DNA of 64,000 bases from Malacoraja senta. Its lineage: Eukaryota. Positions 1 to 15,119 of this stretch are shown in pieces. Under the pieces are notes generated by a model. It did no database searches, was not told the origin of the DNA, and saw only the letters and a program-made list of their open reading frames with translations. The stretch spans positions 3,536,001 through 3,600,000 of the forward strand of contig CM075993.1 in assembly GCA_038087875.1 (NCBI GenBank), given 5' to 3'. Position numbers and translations under genes: made by a program. Numbering within the stretch: the first letter of the stretch is position 1; each line of letters starts with the position of its first letter.

Positions 1-731
1 CTCATAAATGGAAATTGCTCCTGGAATATGATGTTGCTGAAGGACATTACAGGGGCGGGAGGGGGGGGGGGGGCTGTGATGCCTTAATTTGACCTTTTAA
101 AGTAATGCACAGCTGAATGAAAACTAGTGATCAAAATACTTCATCCACCATTATATAGGTAAGAGTGGACAATGCAAACTAGCTGAATATTGAACAAATG
201 ATTGGTGATCAATTGTGCAGAGATTGGGATACGAGACCAAAGATACAATAGGGAGTGGAGCATTGAACTGAAGTTCAGAGTCGGTTATGGACCGAATTTC
301 AACAAAGTTGTCGCCCAATATACATGTAATTTTCTCTTCAATGGAGAAACAATATTTAACTCAATGCATTGTTCCCACCTGTCATAAGATGCCACAGGCC
401 TGCAGCAACCAACGTCCATCCCACCAGTCTCCCAGACACTCAGTACAAAAGATAGACACAAAAAGCTGGAGTAACTCAGCGGGTCAGACAGCTTCACTGG
501 AGAAAAGGAATAGGTGAGATTTCGAGTCAAGGCTATCTTCGGTTTAAACCAGCATCTGCAGTTCCTTCCTACTCGCTCATTTGTATCGACAGGAGTCCAG
601 AGGTCGGTTGTTCATAACCAAGGGTGGATAAATCTACACAGTGCTCCCTCCAAGACCGTGGCCAATTTTGATGGTTGTGTTTTTGTTAGCCTGCTTCATT
701 CATCGTAACATTGCCTTTCTGTACATTGCAG

Positions 732-951
732 TTGGTTTCATGGAAAAATTACACGTGAGCAAGCTGAGCAGCTACTCTGTCCTCCTGTAGACGGGTTATA
801 TTTAGTACGGGAAAGTACCAACTATCCTGGAGACTACACACTGTGTGTGAGCTGTAGCGGGAAGGTGGAACATTACCGAATCATTTACTCCTCCAGCAAA
901 CTCAGCATCGATGAAGAAGCCTACTTTGATAACTTGATGCAGTTGGTAGAG
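732..951 (+). CDS. CSK: CSK exon, SH2 domain (first CSK exon in window; SH3 exons lie upstream)
   Basis: cag|T TGG TTT CAT...GTA GAG|gttagc. Encodes [73 protein letters not shown]; 220 bp. Confidence 0.97.
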
Positions 952-3805
952 GTTAGCAAGATTTTAATAACTTTTTAATCGTCGGAATATTTTAAGACGT
1001 TTTGAGAGCCCAATATGCTATTTCAAATGACAGAAATGTTTTAAACCTCTGATTTTCCTGTGTAACCTCTAATTATGTAATTTTTCAGAATTTGATAATC
1101 AAATGTAAGGATGAGTTGAACTATAATGGGGCTAAGAGGGAGAGGTTGATCAGCCATGATTAAATGGCAGAGTAGACCTGATGGGCTGAATGGCCTAATT
1201 CTGCCCCTGTCACTTATGAACTTATATTAACAGAATTGCAAAGACTTTTCCTGGTTTGCAATTAGTGGTTTCCCAACTAGTTTGTACTACACTTGTATTT
1301 GTAAATTTCTGATCCAGTGATCAGCTTTAGTTTTCAAATTATTTTCGCTAAACCAATTCTTTACCAAATTGTCTGGCATTGATCATGGGAACTGTGCAGG
1401 TAGTTTAAAAACTCCACAAAAACATTTTCAAATGCAGCTAAAACCAGTTTATTTTTAATGTTCCCATTGGGGTTAGGAGGGATAGATCAGCAATGATTGA
1501 ATGGCGGAGTAGACTTAATGGACCGAATGGCCTAATTTGGCTCCTATTACTTATGACCTTATTATGGTCAGATATAAGGTTCAAAAATAATTAGCAAACA
1601 TATCTTTAAAGTTGGCATCAAATAAGTTTGGTACTTAAGTCTCCAACTGTCTATTAATGAGTTCCAATGCTGTATGATTATTAATGAATGAAAAGGAGCT
1701 AATCATAATTTCCCAAATGGGGTTTTGTCATTGGCATCTGTGGGCCATTTCTGGATTTGTTCCACAACAGCTGATTTGAATCTCAAATTTGGTGCCAAGT
1801 CCCTTTCCTGTATTCAACTTTCAACTAGAAATGGATTGCCATTCATCTGAAACTGTAATAGTTCCTCAGAGGCTTCAGCCAAAACCCTTGGATATGAACT
1901 GTGTGTATAAAATCTTGTTCTGAGTCTTCGAATTAAACGAGTGGGCCGAATGCTCAATTATATGCTGAGTGAAAGGCTCTTAAGATTTTGTTTGCCACAG
2001 GAGACACATTTACCTGAGCTTATGGGTGTATGCTTTCTCATGCCAAGAATCATTTTCAAGGTCAGTGGAGTAACCCTCAAAGTTATATTCCTCTAGCACA
2101 TAAACATTGATAGAAATTTGACATTGGTCACGTACTCTGAATTATTTTTGATAGACTTTTGTTCCAAGAGACACTGTATGGAGTTTATGAAGCCTGAAAC
2201 CCAACTGAAGGCTTCTCAAGCTAAGCTGTCTACTGTTGTAGTCCTGACAACTTCCAAGCCCATTAACACACAAATGTACAAATAAACATACAGTACTCAA
2301 CCATACAATAAATAAATGTATAATATTAGGCAACCAGACTGATAATGCAAAACCATAAGTATCAAGGCAATGTTTGACTGAATGTAGAGATGAGAAGCCT
2401 TAGTAAAAGTCTCCACTGGCTGTAGATTCAATGACATGAGATGAGTAATTCAAACACAGCCCGTGTTTGGAGGTGGGGTATTCATGTCCCCAACGCACAT
2501 CAGCTGTAAGGTTAGAAGTGTTTTGGTCACGACAGTATTCAATTGTATTGGCAACAACGCAATCCATACTTGCATCTTGCAAGATCTTGGTGCCATTCAG
2601 ATAGAGGCTGATGAATGGCAAGTAACATTTGTGCCACATGAGAGAATCCAATTGTCTATGACCATGAGCCCAGCACTATTAACATCTTGGGGTTATCTTT
2701 GACAAGAAACTTAACACGTCTAGCAACTGACTACCAGAGTGGTTGTAGGTGGGTATTAATGGCAGGTGACGCACCACCTGGCTCCACCCAGGACTTTCAC
2801 CGTGTTCCCTCGAACGTCAGTTGAACAATGGAATAGACAATAGACAACAGTGCAGGAGTAGGCCATTCGGCCCTTCGAGCCAGCACCGCCATTCAATGTG
2901 ATCATGGCTGATCATCCCCAATCAGTACCCCGTTCCTGCCTTCTCCCCATATCCCCTGACTTCGCGATATACTTTAAACACATGTAATTTGTAAAAGTGC
3001 CAAGACTGTTTCTGCCTTCACATACTTTTGCAAATATTAGCGATAAAATTAAAAGAGTAATGGTGTAAAAGCTGTGAAATGACTGTAGTGCTGTTAAGAA
3101 AACAAAGTTAGCTGCCAGCACAATGCCTCAGCCTTTTCTTGATACAGAAAGACATAACATTTATGACTGAAGATAATTTTTACTCAGGTGATACCACCTG
3201 ATCAGATGAAAACAACACTAAAAATAGCCTTCTAAATGAGATAAACATTGGAGATATGGTGTAAGGATGGGGTGGTGTTGGGGGAATTTTCATAACATCT
3301 CTTCAAAAAACCTCAAAACTTGACAGACTGAGCAGTATTGATTAATCAATATTGGATATGCTTGATATCACCCCCTCCTCCTTCTTTGGCTTCACTAATT
3401 CTAGACTTGGAGAGCAATTTTTTCCTAAGCATTAGAACTAAATTAACTTCATGAATAACAGAACCAACCATCGAGTTCCCAGTCTGCATTGGGTACGTTA
3501 TAGGGAAGTAAAACCCAATTCAGTTTAAAATGGAAAGAGTCTGAATATTTTGTAGCCGATTACCAGTTAATAATAATAATACATTTTATTTATATACCGC
3601 TTTTCAAGGACTCAAAGTCACTTTACATTGAGAGTCAAAAAACAAAACAAAATAGAACAGTAAGACAGAGATGCAAAGGGGAGGGGGACATGGGACTAAG
3701 GGTATGCAGAGGTGAAGAGCGTTAGGGTGCAGAGAATATTTGCCCCGAAGCGTTGCTAACACGCCATTTGTTAACTGCACATCATTTGTTTCCTTCTGTT
3801 TTTAG

Positions 3806-3899
3806 CATTACACCGTGGATGCTGATGGTTTGTGTACACATCTCATCACTCCCAAGCTTATGGAAGGGACAGTGGCTGCACAAGATGAATTCTCTCGAA
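3806..3899 (+). CDS. CSK: CSK exon, end of SH2 and SH2-kinase linker
   Basis: tttag|CAT TAC...CGA A|gtgagt. Encodes [31 protein letters not shown]; 94 bp; phase fits both neighbours. Confidence 0.96.
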
Positions 3900-4384
3900 G
3901 TGAGTGGAAAAATGAGTGTTGACTTTTTTTGCCTCCTTATCCATGTTTCTTCCCAAAAGACCATTTGGAACCTTTGTAACGATGACATTCAGTTACCCCA
4001 GCTTTTTGTGTCTATCTTCCGTTTAAACCAGCATCTGCAGTTCCTTCCTACACATTCCAAGACATGATCCTTCTGATTTGAACGCAATCAACTTGCTTTA
4101 AATATGTGGTTACATTGCAGGTCTGCACAAAATTTATTTCCATAAATAGCTTCCTACTTCCGGTTCTCCATTTGCTTCAGTTCACTATTTATTTTAATTT
4201 TAAAGGGGAAAACTAAGTCCTGGAGGAACTCTGCAGCCCAAGTAGCATCTGCGGAGGGATATGGAAAGACAGCATTTTGGATTGGGTTTCATATTGCCCA
4301 GATGCTGCCTCACCTGCTGCGTGTTCAACCAGAGCATGTTTTTTTTTCTCTCTGCAGTCTCTTGAGTTTCCATTTCAACTTTAA

Positions 4385-4797
4385 ATTTTTTTTAATTTTT
4401 TTTTTTTTAAATTAGAAGTAGTGTACAGTAGTATAAACTGCGGCATATGACAAAAATACATTTCATGTACAACTTCTATTTTAAATTTAACAAGAAAGGT
4501 AGACCAAGAGAAAAAGAGCGAGAGAAAGAAAGAGTGAAGGAAATAGTGATGTGTAAACCCCTAGACTTCCAGGTGTGTAGTCCAGGGATGAGCAAGTGAT
4601 AGCGTGTAGAAAATTAAAGACAAAGACCCATATAATAATAAAAAAGAAAGAAAAAGAAAGAGAAAATAGTGGAGGAAAAAAGGGGGGGGGGGAAAAAGAG
4701 ACCCTTGTGTGTGGATATACCTACTTCATATCTCACCACACCCATCACCCAGTTCGTGAATCAGTTTATTTCCAGAGTTGTGTTACACCATACTATC
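4385..4797 (-). mobile_element. L1-type 3' UTR fragment
   Basis: Poly(T) on the + strand and by-eye similarity to 51570-51920 (tgtaca.cttc; acccagt.c.tgaa.cagtt; caccata). Confidence 0.6.
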
Positions 4798-4821
4798 CAA
4801 CTTTTAACTTTTGTTTTACAG

Positions 4822-4887
4822 GTGGGTGGGCACTAAGTATGAAAGAGCTCAAATTATTACAGACTATAGGAAAAGGAGAATTTGGAG
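4822..4887 (+). CDS. CSK: CSK exon, kinase N-lobe Gly-rich loop; GC donor
   Basis: tacag|GT GGG TGG...TTT GGA G|gcaagt. Encodes (S)GWALSMKELKLLQTIGKGEFG; 66 bp. Confidence 0.95.
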
Positions 4888-5751
4888 GCAAGTACCAACC
4901 TTTAATAATTTATCATATTGTACAACACTATCCTGTTATATTTTGTGCATTTCACTTGAAACTACTGTGTACTTTGAAAATTTGCGTTGTATTGATAACT
5001 TATTTTAATCACCATCGGTTATTCTGTTGGTGTTTGTGCACTAGGCTTGCTAATTCGTTTTTTCTGGTGTTAGTTATGGATAATAAATAAATTAGATATT
5101 GCTTGCTCAATGAACATATAAACATAGTGCATATGTATATCGCTGACCATTATCAAGATGGGAGATTTAATTATCTTGAGAGAATGACAGGGTTTCCATT
5201 TCTTATGTTTCTCAAGCATCAATGGGTGGTGTTTGGTTGCTGAGGGATTGTTATCGGTCTGACCATCAGAAATACTTCCCCTCCTGCTGCTCTTCAAATG
5301 TTATCTTGAGGTCTTTTAACCACAGGCCGAGGCAGGTTTAAAAGATCACACTAAAAACCCCGTCTCCAACGTGCTCTAGTTCCCAAGATCTCCATCTATG
5401 TATATCTTGCCACCTCCCCCCTCTTGATACAGGTATGGTTCGTGTCCATAGCTGCTCAATCATAATTGCTGCTTAAAAGTCCCAAATCCCTCATCCTCTT
5501 GCCAGACCTCACTGCCTGTGGTGCTGTTATTAACCCCCGACTTTGCCGATCTTTTCTGTTTAGACCCAAGTTGATTGTTTGTTTAGACCCAAGTTGATCT
5601 ACCAAGTTGATTGTTTTTAAAATGGTCAATTTTACATGCTCACAAGTCCAAGAGTCAAGTTTGTTTTATTGTCACGTGTCTGTCCCAAAACAAAACAATA
5701 ACATTCTTTCTTGCAGAAGTTCTGTTAAATGCGAATGGCTCTCTCCCTTAA

Positions 5752-5874
<123 letters not shown>

Positions 5875-6634
5875 TAAGTTTTATCATTGATCCTGTGCAA
5901 TCAGGTTGTGTTCAAGTTGCTTCTATTTTTAACCTTGAAAAATTAACGTCTTGCTGTCTGGTTTTTGAATAGAAGTAGATTTTTGCTTTAATTGTGTACA
6001 GTTTTGTGTCCTCTGTATTCACCAAACTACTAACAGCCTACCATCAATTGCCTTCCTGAGGCCCATATAGACAATGCCTACGGCTTTACCCGTGACAACC
6101 TTTTTAGTTACTACTTCAAAAAACTGAATAGGATTTGTGAGACATGATCTGCCGCAGCAAAGAATCAATTTGTGGAGATAATTCTGCATACAGTTCAGCT
6201 TGCATTGTTATGTGACAGTGTAAGTGGGAGGGGTTAAATTCTCACCTTAATGGTTAACTATCTTTTTACAAACTCATTTTCACTCATCTGATGTGCCAGC
6301 CTCTGGTTCATTCTGCTCGTTTGCTCCAGTATTAAGTTACTGTTTTGAACATTTCCAAGGCGATCTGATATTTGGTCTTGTACATTATTCAGAACAAATG
6401 GCTAAGTATTGAAAAGCGTATGACTAGTTTGTGGTAGGAATTGAGCAAGATTTTGAGAGTCAGGAACTGAATTTGTGGTTAGAGCTTGTATTTCATGCAT
6501 TCCAGTAACTGCAGCATTTTGAGGAAAAACAAAAATGTTTAAATCAGCAGAAGTTTTCAGGCAATATAGTGCTGGATTTTTACCCAGATTTAGTTTTTGT
6601 GAAGACTAACACCAAACTAATTTTATTTTGTTAA

Positions 6635-6748
<114 letters not shown>

Positions 6749-6961
6749 TGAATGAAAGGCTGGCGGTGATCATTGTGGTTAATTTAAAGTTTGTGATCTT
6801 TGAGTGCTGTAATAATCCATGATATGAGTGCTGTAATAATCCATGATATGATACTTATGATATTCAGGACTTGAACATACTTGCATATGGAACAAACATT
6901 TCATCAGTTTTGGGGTTAGCATCAAGAAAGTGCCTCATTACTCGAGGTTTAACTGGATAGT

Positions 6962-7266
6962 TTTTTGTTTTTGTTTTAGAGACACAGCACGGAAACAGGC
7001 CCTTTGGCCCACCGAGTCTGCACTGACCAGCGATCCCCGCACATTAACACTATCCTACACACACCAGGGACAATTTTACGCATACACCAAGCCAATTAAC
7101 CTTCATACCTGTACATCTTTGTGTGTGGGAGGAAACCGAAGATCTCGGTGAAAACCCACACGGTCACAGGGAGAACGTACAAACTCCGTACAGACAGCAC
7201 CCGTAGTTGGGATCGAATCCGGATCTCCGGCGCTGTTAGGCAGCAACTCTACTGCTGCGCCACTGT
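6962..7266 (-). mobile_element. HE1-type V-SINE
   Basis: Reverse complement of the 12865-13179 family. Confidence 0.88.
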
Positions 7267-9921
7267 GTCGACCAGATAGATGAGAAAAAATACATGGAGT
7301 TGGAAGATTGGTGGATAAAGTTGCTCAGAGTCTATTTTTCCAAGCTGAAGATAGAAACTGAGTGGATGTAAACCTGAAAACAACCCTTTTTACGATGAAG
7401 TTATTCACAAGATTCCTGTGCAGTCAATACAGGGTAAATAATTGAAACTGATAATCAGGCTATTAAACAGGTCAGAGAGTGATCGGTTAGGGTTCCAGCC
7501 AGTTCTTGGTGACACATGATCGATGCCAAATAGTTGTTAATCGACATTGTTGAACTGAGCCCTCTACATGCAGATTGTATTCTCTTTCCCCCTTGACTTC
7601 TCCCTGTAAAGTAATTGGGTGTACTTTTTTCCCTCAACAATTGCACAGTTTGTGTCCCAGGTTTCTAAAATGTCTCTACTGTGAGGTTTGTTCAAATTGC
7701 TTCTCATCAAAATTTCTTAAGTCGTTTAAAGTATTTCTATTTACCGAGTTCTGCTTTTGCACAATGGAGAAGTACATTGTTTCCCTCTTGTGATACCAGG
7801 TCACAATGCTGTCCTTGTGGTAAAACAATCTATATAACATAAAACATAGAACAACACAGTGCAAGAACAAGCCCTTCAGCCCACAATGTGTGTGCCAAGC
7901 ATAATGCCCAGACCATCATTTATCTACCTGCACATAACCCATATCCCTCCATTGCCTGAATATCCATATGCCGACCCAAAAGTCTGTTAAAGGCACTAAC
8001 ATGCCTGCTTCAAACACCACACCCAGCAGAGCTTTCCAGGCACTCACTGCCCTGTTTGTGAGTAAATTTTTTTTTTTAAATTGCCCCACACATCTTTATA
8101 CGTTGCCCCTCTCACCTTAAAACTCTGCCCTCTAGTGTTAGATTTTTTCCATTCTTGCTGACTGTCCACCCTATCTATTCCTCCCATAATATTTATTCTG
8201 TCAGGTCTCCCCGCAAACTCTGGCGTTCCAGAGAAAACAATCCAATCTGTCCACCCTCTCCCGCTAGCTATTAGCGTTTCGGCCCGAAACGTTGCCTGTT
8301 TCCTTCGCTCCATAGATGCTGCTGCACCCGCTGAGTTTCTCCAGCATTTTTGTGTACCTTCGATTTTCCAGCATCTGCAGTTCCTTCTTTAACAATTTTG
8401 AATGATTAGTTAGTCTTTTGTATTTTTGTGCTTTTTTCCCCTCTGAAGTTAAAACAATGATTCTTCAATGAAGGAAATGAATTTTGTCACACAATAACAA
8501 TTTGGATTCACTGACAAATATTTGCCAATGTTAACATTTCAAACTCTGAAATGGGTTATAGCTTGTACGCTAAATTAAAGTTCAACGACAAATAAGAACT
8601 CCACTTGCAAAAGGGGATTGATGCTTCTGTTGAAACAAGGAACTGCAGATGCTGGTTTACAAAAAAAGACAAAATACTCAGTGGATCTGGCAGCATTTTT
8701 GGAGAACATGGATAGGTGACGTTTCTGGTCGGGACCCTACTTCACTGTCAAGGGTCTGAAGAAGGGTCCTAACCTGAAACATTACCCTTTAGTTTTAGAG
8801 ATACAGCATGGAAACAGGCCCTTCTGCCCCGACCAGTGATCCCCACACACTTACACTATGATACACATGCTAGGGACAATTTATATTTATACCAAGTCAA
8901 TTAACCTACAAACCTGTACGTCTTTGGAGGGTGGGAGGAAACAGGAAACCCCGGAGAAAACCCACGCAGGTCATGAGGAGAACGTACAAACTCCGTACAG
9001 ACAGCAGCCGTGGTCTCTGGCGCTGCAAGGCAGCAACACTGCCGCTGCGCCACCATGCCACCTCTCCATGTTCTTCAGAGATGCTGCCCAACCCGCTGAG
9101 TTACTCCAGCTCTGTGTGTCTTTTAATGCGTCTGTTCTCAGATTCTTTTGAACACTCAAGGGTAATTTGTACAAATAAAAATTTGTGACCTCGGCCACGA
9201 TTAGCTGTTTTTGTTGATGTTCCCTTCCAGTTAATTAATTGCTTTTCTTTATGTTGACCTTGCTGTACTCCATGGACCCATGGTGGATAAGTCACTGGGC
9301 AGGAATCCAGGGGCTTGGACCATTATCCAGAGATACAAGTTTTGAATCCCAGCACAGTCGATGGGGAGATAAACTCCAAAACAATGAACTAAATACTTAG
9401 TTCATGTGCTATTATCAGTAGTGACTGTGGGAACCTTTGGATTCTCATAAAAAATGGGCCTTCCGGGAAGGCAATCTGCTTTCTGGCCGTTATGTGACAT
9501 CTGACATGTTCATCTGGTTCTCAGTCTCAAATTCCTGCTTCGCCCATCTAAGTAAGGGTGGATGTTCACAGCAGGGCCCATATCTTGCAAAAGATGTTGT
9601 TGCTTTAAAAAACCTCTGAAAAGATGCATGGGTGAAGGGGAATTAACTGAACCAGTTTAGGTTCAATGAGCAAGAACTTTTAGACAAGGAAAAGTAATTT
9701 CTACAACTCAGCAAATCGGTCGCTTTCTGCCTCTTAGCCCATTGTTCTCCGATGATTATGTTCTACTAAGTATCAACCAACAGGAGCAAATCCCAGCCTT
9801 CTCACTGCTCCTCGGTACACGTGACAATAAACTGAACTGAACTGAGTCTTGAGCTTTGAAATGTTCAAAAATAAAGGCACTCGCACTAATATCTTAATGA
9901 ATGAAACTTCCTCATTACTAG

Positions 9922-9995
9922 GGCAGTTTGGTGGATTACCTCCGATCAAGAGGAAGATCGGTCCTTGGTGGAGATTGTCTATTAAAGTTTTCCAT
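9922..9995 (+). CDS. CSK: CSK exon, kinase domain
   Basis: ctag|GGC AGT TTG...TCC AT|gtgagt. Encodes GSLVDYLRSRGRSVLGGDCLLKFS(I); 74 bp. Confidence 0.97.
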
Positions 9996-11194
9996 GTGAG
10001 TATTATAATTTGGATGGCTCACTTTGCAATATCAATACAAATCAAGGAATGAAAGCAAACTTACAGAAACGTCGCAGTATGTTAAGCACCAATTGGCCAA
10101 GGGATGAGCAAAAGGGTGGGGCAGTTCCACCAAAGCTGAGACTTTCAGATCCTGCAGATATTTCATCAAAGTACATCTTCAGCTGGAGGATTGGGAAGCT
10201 TAAAAAAATTAATGGCCTCATTCTGCTCCCACAACTTATAAACATGATTTAACAGAAGGCAACTAAAGAGACAATAAGGTAAGAAAAAGAAGGTAGATAA
10301 AAATGCTGGAGAAACTCAGCGGGTGAGGCAGCATCTATGGAGCGAAGGAATAGGTGACGTTTTGGGTCGAGACCCTTCTTCAGACTGAACGTCACCTATT
10401 TCCTTCTCTCTATAGATGCTGTCTCGCCCGCTGACTTTCTCCAGCATTTTTATCTACCTTCGATTTTTTTCCAGCATCTGCAGTCCCTTCTTAAAGGAAA
10501 GAAAAGATGATATATGGAGGCAAACTAACCAATAATATAAAATATACCAAACGTTTCTTCGGATGTATAAAGTATAAAAGAGAGGCAAGAGTTGACATTA
10601 GACTACTGGAAAATGATGCCAGAGAGATACTGATAGGGAATAAAGAAATGAATTGAATACATGTTTTGCATCAGTCTTCTCAGCAGAAGACACAAGCAAC
10701 ATACCAGAAATTCAGGAGAGTCGGGGCAGAAGTTAATGGAAATAAAAGTACTATCGCCACTAATCTTGACACAGTGCTAGAATAACTCGGTGGATCAGGC
10801 ATCATCTCTGGGGAACAGGGATAGGTGATGTTTTGGGTCGGGACTCTGCTTCGGGCTTTTACCGATCTCATCACCTCTGCCGATCTCCCCACCATACTCC
10901 AACCTGGTGGTTCCCCAGCCGGTACTGCCCACTTGTATTCTTTATCACTAATCTTCACCAGGACAGTATAGAACTCTAAAACAAATCTAATTAATTTGTA
11001 TCCTTTGGGGAATCAAGTCTGCCCCCCCTTGCCTTTCTGCCGAGATATAATTCTGTCCACTATTCTGGTTAAAGTTTAACTAACCGCTGGTGTGCACAAG
11101 ATCCTAAGAACAGGGGGATGGACAGATTTTTAACAAAAAGTTGCAAATGCTTTTTCCATTCAAAAGTAAATTGACAGCATTAATGCCACGTTAA

Positions 11195-11509
<315 letters not shown>

Positions 11510-11756
11510 TGAGATGGCCAAAAATGATATAACAGTGCTGCGAGATGAGCTTCAGTTCCTGAATCACTTGGGCAGTGCTGCATGGAAGGAGGAACTTTTC
11601 AACTTCTTTCTAAGAAGTGTATGCTTGTTGCGTACTGCAATGCATTGGTGCATGAAAGGAAACTGGGCAGCTTCCTCCACTCAGTCCTGCTCCTACCAGA
11701 ACGGTGCTTTTATGGGGTTCAGGCTGACTGTAAATAACTGACGTTGCAATCGTGAA

Positions 11757-11813
11757 ATGTGTGTGTGTGTATATATATATACACATACTCACAAATACAC
11801 ACATATATAGATC

Positions 11814-11847
<34 letters not shown>

Positions 11848-11885
11848 GATCTATAAATGTGTGTATTTGTTATTATTTATATATT

Positions 11886-11923
<38 letters not shown>

Positions 11924-11950
11924 CACACACACGTACGTACACACAAACAC
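11757..11950. repeat. (GT)n/(TA)n/(CA)n microsatellite
   Basis: Directly visible. Confidence 0.95.
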
Positions 11951-12297
11951 AATAATAGTCTACCTAGTTCAGAGCTTATTTGAGGTTGTAGTGTTTAATA
12001 GCTGAATGGTTGTGGAGAAGAAGTTAATCCTGATTCCACATGTCACACTTTCAGGCTCCAGTGCCTTCTTTCCGATGGCAGGGGTGAAATGAGTGCGTGG
12101 CCAGGGTGGTGTGGGTGTCTGATGATGCGGGCTGCCATTTTGAGGCAGCGACTCCGGTAAATCCCTTCGATGGTGGGGAGGTCAGAACCCGTGATGGACT
12201 GGGCAGTGTTCACAGCATTCACTCTGCTATTCTTGCCCAGATTGGATAGCTTAACAAACGAGTTCATCAACTAAATGTGCAAACACTTAATGACTAA

Positions 12298-12558
<261 letters not shown>

Positions 12559-12864
12559 TAATAATTTATAAATCATAACCTGCCATCTAATTTACTTGTA
12601 AAATTATTTTATGAAGATGAATATTTTTCGAATAGAACAAAATAAAAGTTTAATGTAATATGTATTAAGTCAGTGAAACAGCGTGCTGCATATATGATAC
12701 AAAAATGCTGCCTGTGTACACGACTTGTTATTTTGTCAGCCAGATGAATGGAGGATTTACTCCGGCTGAGTTTCACTCTTGGATCTATTTGAGTGATCAG
12801 ATCTGAGGCGGCAGAAGGTGGCAACAGCTGACATCGACATTCAGTCTTGCACACCTGTGGGTGT

Positions 12865-13179
12865 GGGCGGTCACGGTGGCGCAGCGGTAGAGTTGCTGCC
12901 TTACAGCGCTTGCACCGCCGGAGACCCGGGTTCGATCCCGACTGCTGTCTGTACGGAGTTTGTACCTGCTCCCCGTGACCTGCGTGGGTTTTCTCCGAGA
13001 TCTTCGGTTTCCTCCCACACTCCAAAGACGTACAGGTTTGTAGGTTAATTGTCTCGGTAAATGTAAAAATTGTCCCTAGTGGGTGTAGGATAGTGTTAGT
13101 CTGCACGGATCACTAATCGGTGCGGACCCGGTGGGCCGAAGGGCCTGTTTCCGCGCTGTATCTCTAAACTAAACTAAAC
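12865..13179 (+). mobile_element. Full-length HE1-type tRNA-derived V-SINE
   Basis: A box TGGCGCAGCGG at 12877-12887, B box GGTTCGATCC at 12929-12938, V domain, CR1-like tail tgggccgaagggcctgtttcc and (AAACT)n end. About 20 further copies or fragments occur in the window. Confidence 0.9.
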
Positions 13180-14079
13180 ATATCTTGGATATCTGGCAAG
13201 CAATATATCCATGTTCTCCATCCAAAACTCCAAACGACCAGCTGAGAAACTCCAGCATTTTGTGTCCTTTGTGAATGTAATGCTTGTCAAATGAAAATCA
13301 CGGAGTTGTAATAGTTGAAAGGGTATGCTGTACCTTTCAGAACTGATATTCGCCCATTGATGTGTCTCCTACTAGTATTATTTTTCTGACCCCTCCGTCT
13401 AATGTGAATATTGTATTAAATATTGTATTTAAATACAATTTGGAAGGTGAATACTTGCAATTTTATTCAATGATTGGATGGTTTACCCCCCCCCCCCCCC
13501 CCCCAACACGTTGCCTATGCCTCTGTGGGTGATTGAGTCTGAAGAAGGGACTCGACCCGAAACGTCACCCATTCCTCTATCCAGTATGTCAGATGCTGCC
13601 TGTCCTGCTGCGTTATGGGGTATGGAGAGATGGGGTATGGAGAGAAGGCAGGTACGTGATACTGAGTTGGATGATCAGCCATGATCATATTGAATGGCGG
13701 TGTAGGCTCGAAGGGCCGAATGGCCTACTCCTGCACCTATTTTCTATGTTTCTATGTTACTCCCGCATTTTGTGTCTGTCTGCTCCTATGTCTTATGGTC
13801 TTCTCACCTATTAACAGGACTATTGATTGTCCTTTCAAAACGATGGAGGTTCTTCATCTTGCCTCTTGCATTGAGGAGGCATACCAGTTTTAGAGTGTCA
13901 CACGTCATCGTCATCGGGCAACTGTCCACATCAGACAAGCACCCATTTACACTAATCCCATTTTTATTTCCGCACGCTTCCATCAATTTCCCCCAGATCC
14001 TCCTACTCATCAACACACTAGAGGCAGTTCACATTAACCAATTAACCTAGCAACCAGCACTGCTGTGGGATGTAACATA

Positions 14080-14380
14080 ACAGAGATACAGCGCAGAAAC
14101 AGGTCCTTCGGCCCACCAGGTTCTTGTCGACCAGCAAACCCCTCACATTAACACCATCCCACTCCCACAATTTTTACATTAACCAAGCCAATTAACCTAC
14201 AATCCTGTACGTCTTTGGAGTGTGGGAGGAAACCGAAGATCTCGGAGAAAACCTCCGTAGGTCACGGGGAGAACGTACAAACTCCATACAGACGGCACCT
14301 GTAGTCGGGATCGAACCCGGGTCTCCGGTGCTGCATTTACTGTAAGGCAGCAACTCTACCGCTGCGCCACCGTGACCGCC
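14080..14380 (-). mobile_element. HE1-type V-SINE
   Basis: Same family; inverted relative to the 12865 copy in the same CSK intron. Confidence 0.88.
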
Positions 14381-15119
14381 GGATTTGTTGGAAACTAGAA
14401 CACCTTGGGGGAAACCCAAGTGGTCACGGGGAGAAAAGTGCACTGGAGGTCAGGGTTAAAACCGGGCTGAGAGGCTGCAATCCCATTAGTCGTTCTACAG
14501 TGCCGCCCCTCCTTCCCCGCTGGGTGTCTCCGTCTGATATGATTAGCTTGGAGTCATTGTTGAGAGTTATGTGAGAAGGCTGCATCAAAATTGCCCTTGG
14601 CAAGGTCAAATGAGCTAGTGTCTGTGTAGTGGCTTTCTGTTCAGCGCTCCTCATCACAGTCCCCAAGGACACCTGATTGATTTTGAAACATGGCCAAGTA
14701 AAGTGAAAGACAAGACTGTGGTTGCATATCTTTACTGGAGGATGGAGATGCTGTGTGTTCTGCCAGGAAGGAAGATCAATATTCTCTGTAGCCGCCAATG
14801 TGTATTGGCCATGACTGTTAAGCAGCTTGGCATAATGCGCATTTGAAATCAGCCATTTATAACTTTTCGACATTTGCTGTTATCTGTACACCTATTAGGC
14901 GAACTGGTACTCGAGGTGACTAGAGGTGCAACAGCACACTTTGTACATTGCATTGACAACTTGCATTATTCAAGTTACATAGGAGTAGTGGCACATCTGA
15001 ACTAAATCCCAGATAGATTTGGGGTGAGTAGAGGGACATGTTTAAATAGCCCAAAAAATGTCCTCGTTTTTGCATTTCTTTCCATACATGCTGATTATTA
15101 TCACCTCCAAAAGTATAAT

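Noticed and set aside
12865..12945. tRNA-like sequence with A and B boxes
   Set aside because: It is the head of a multi-copy SINE and continues into the V domain and LINE-like tail; not a tRNA gene.
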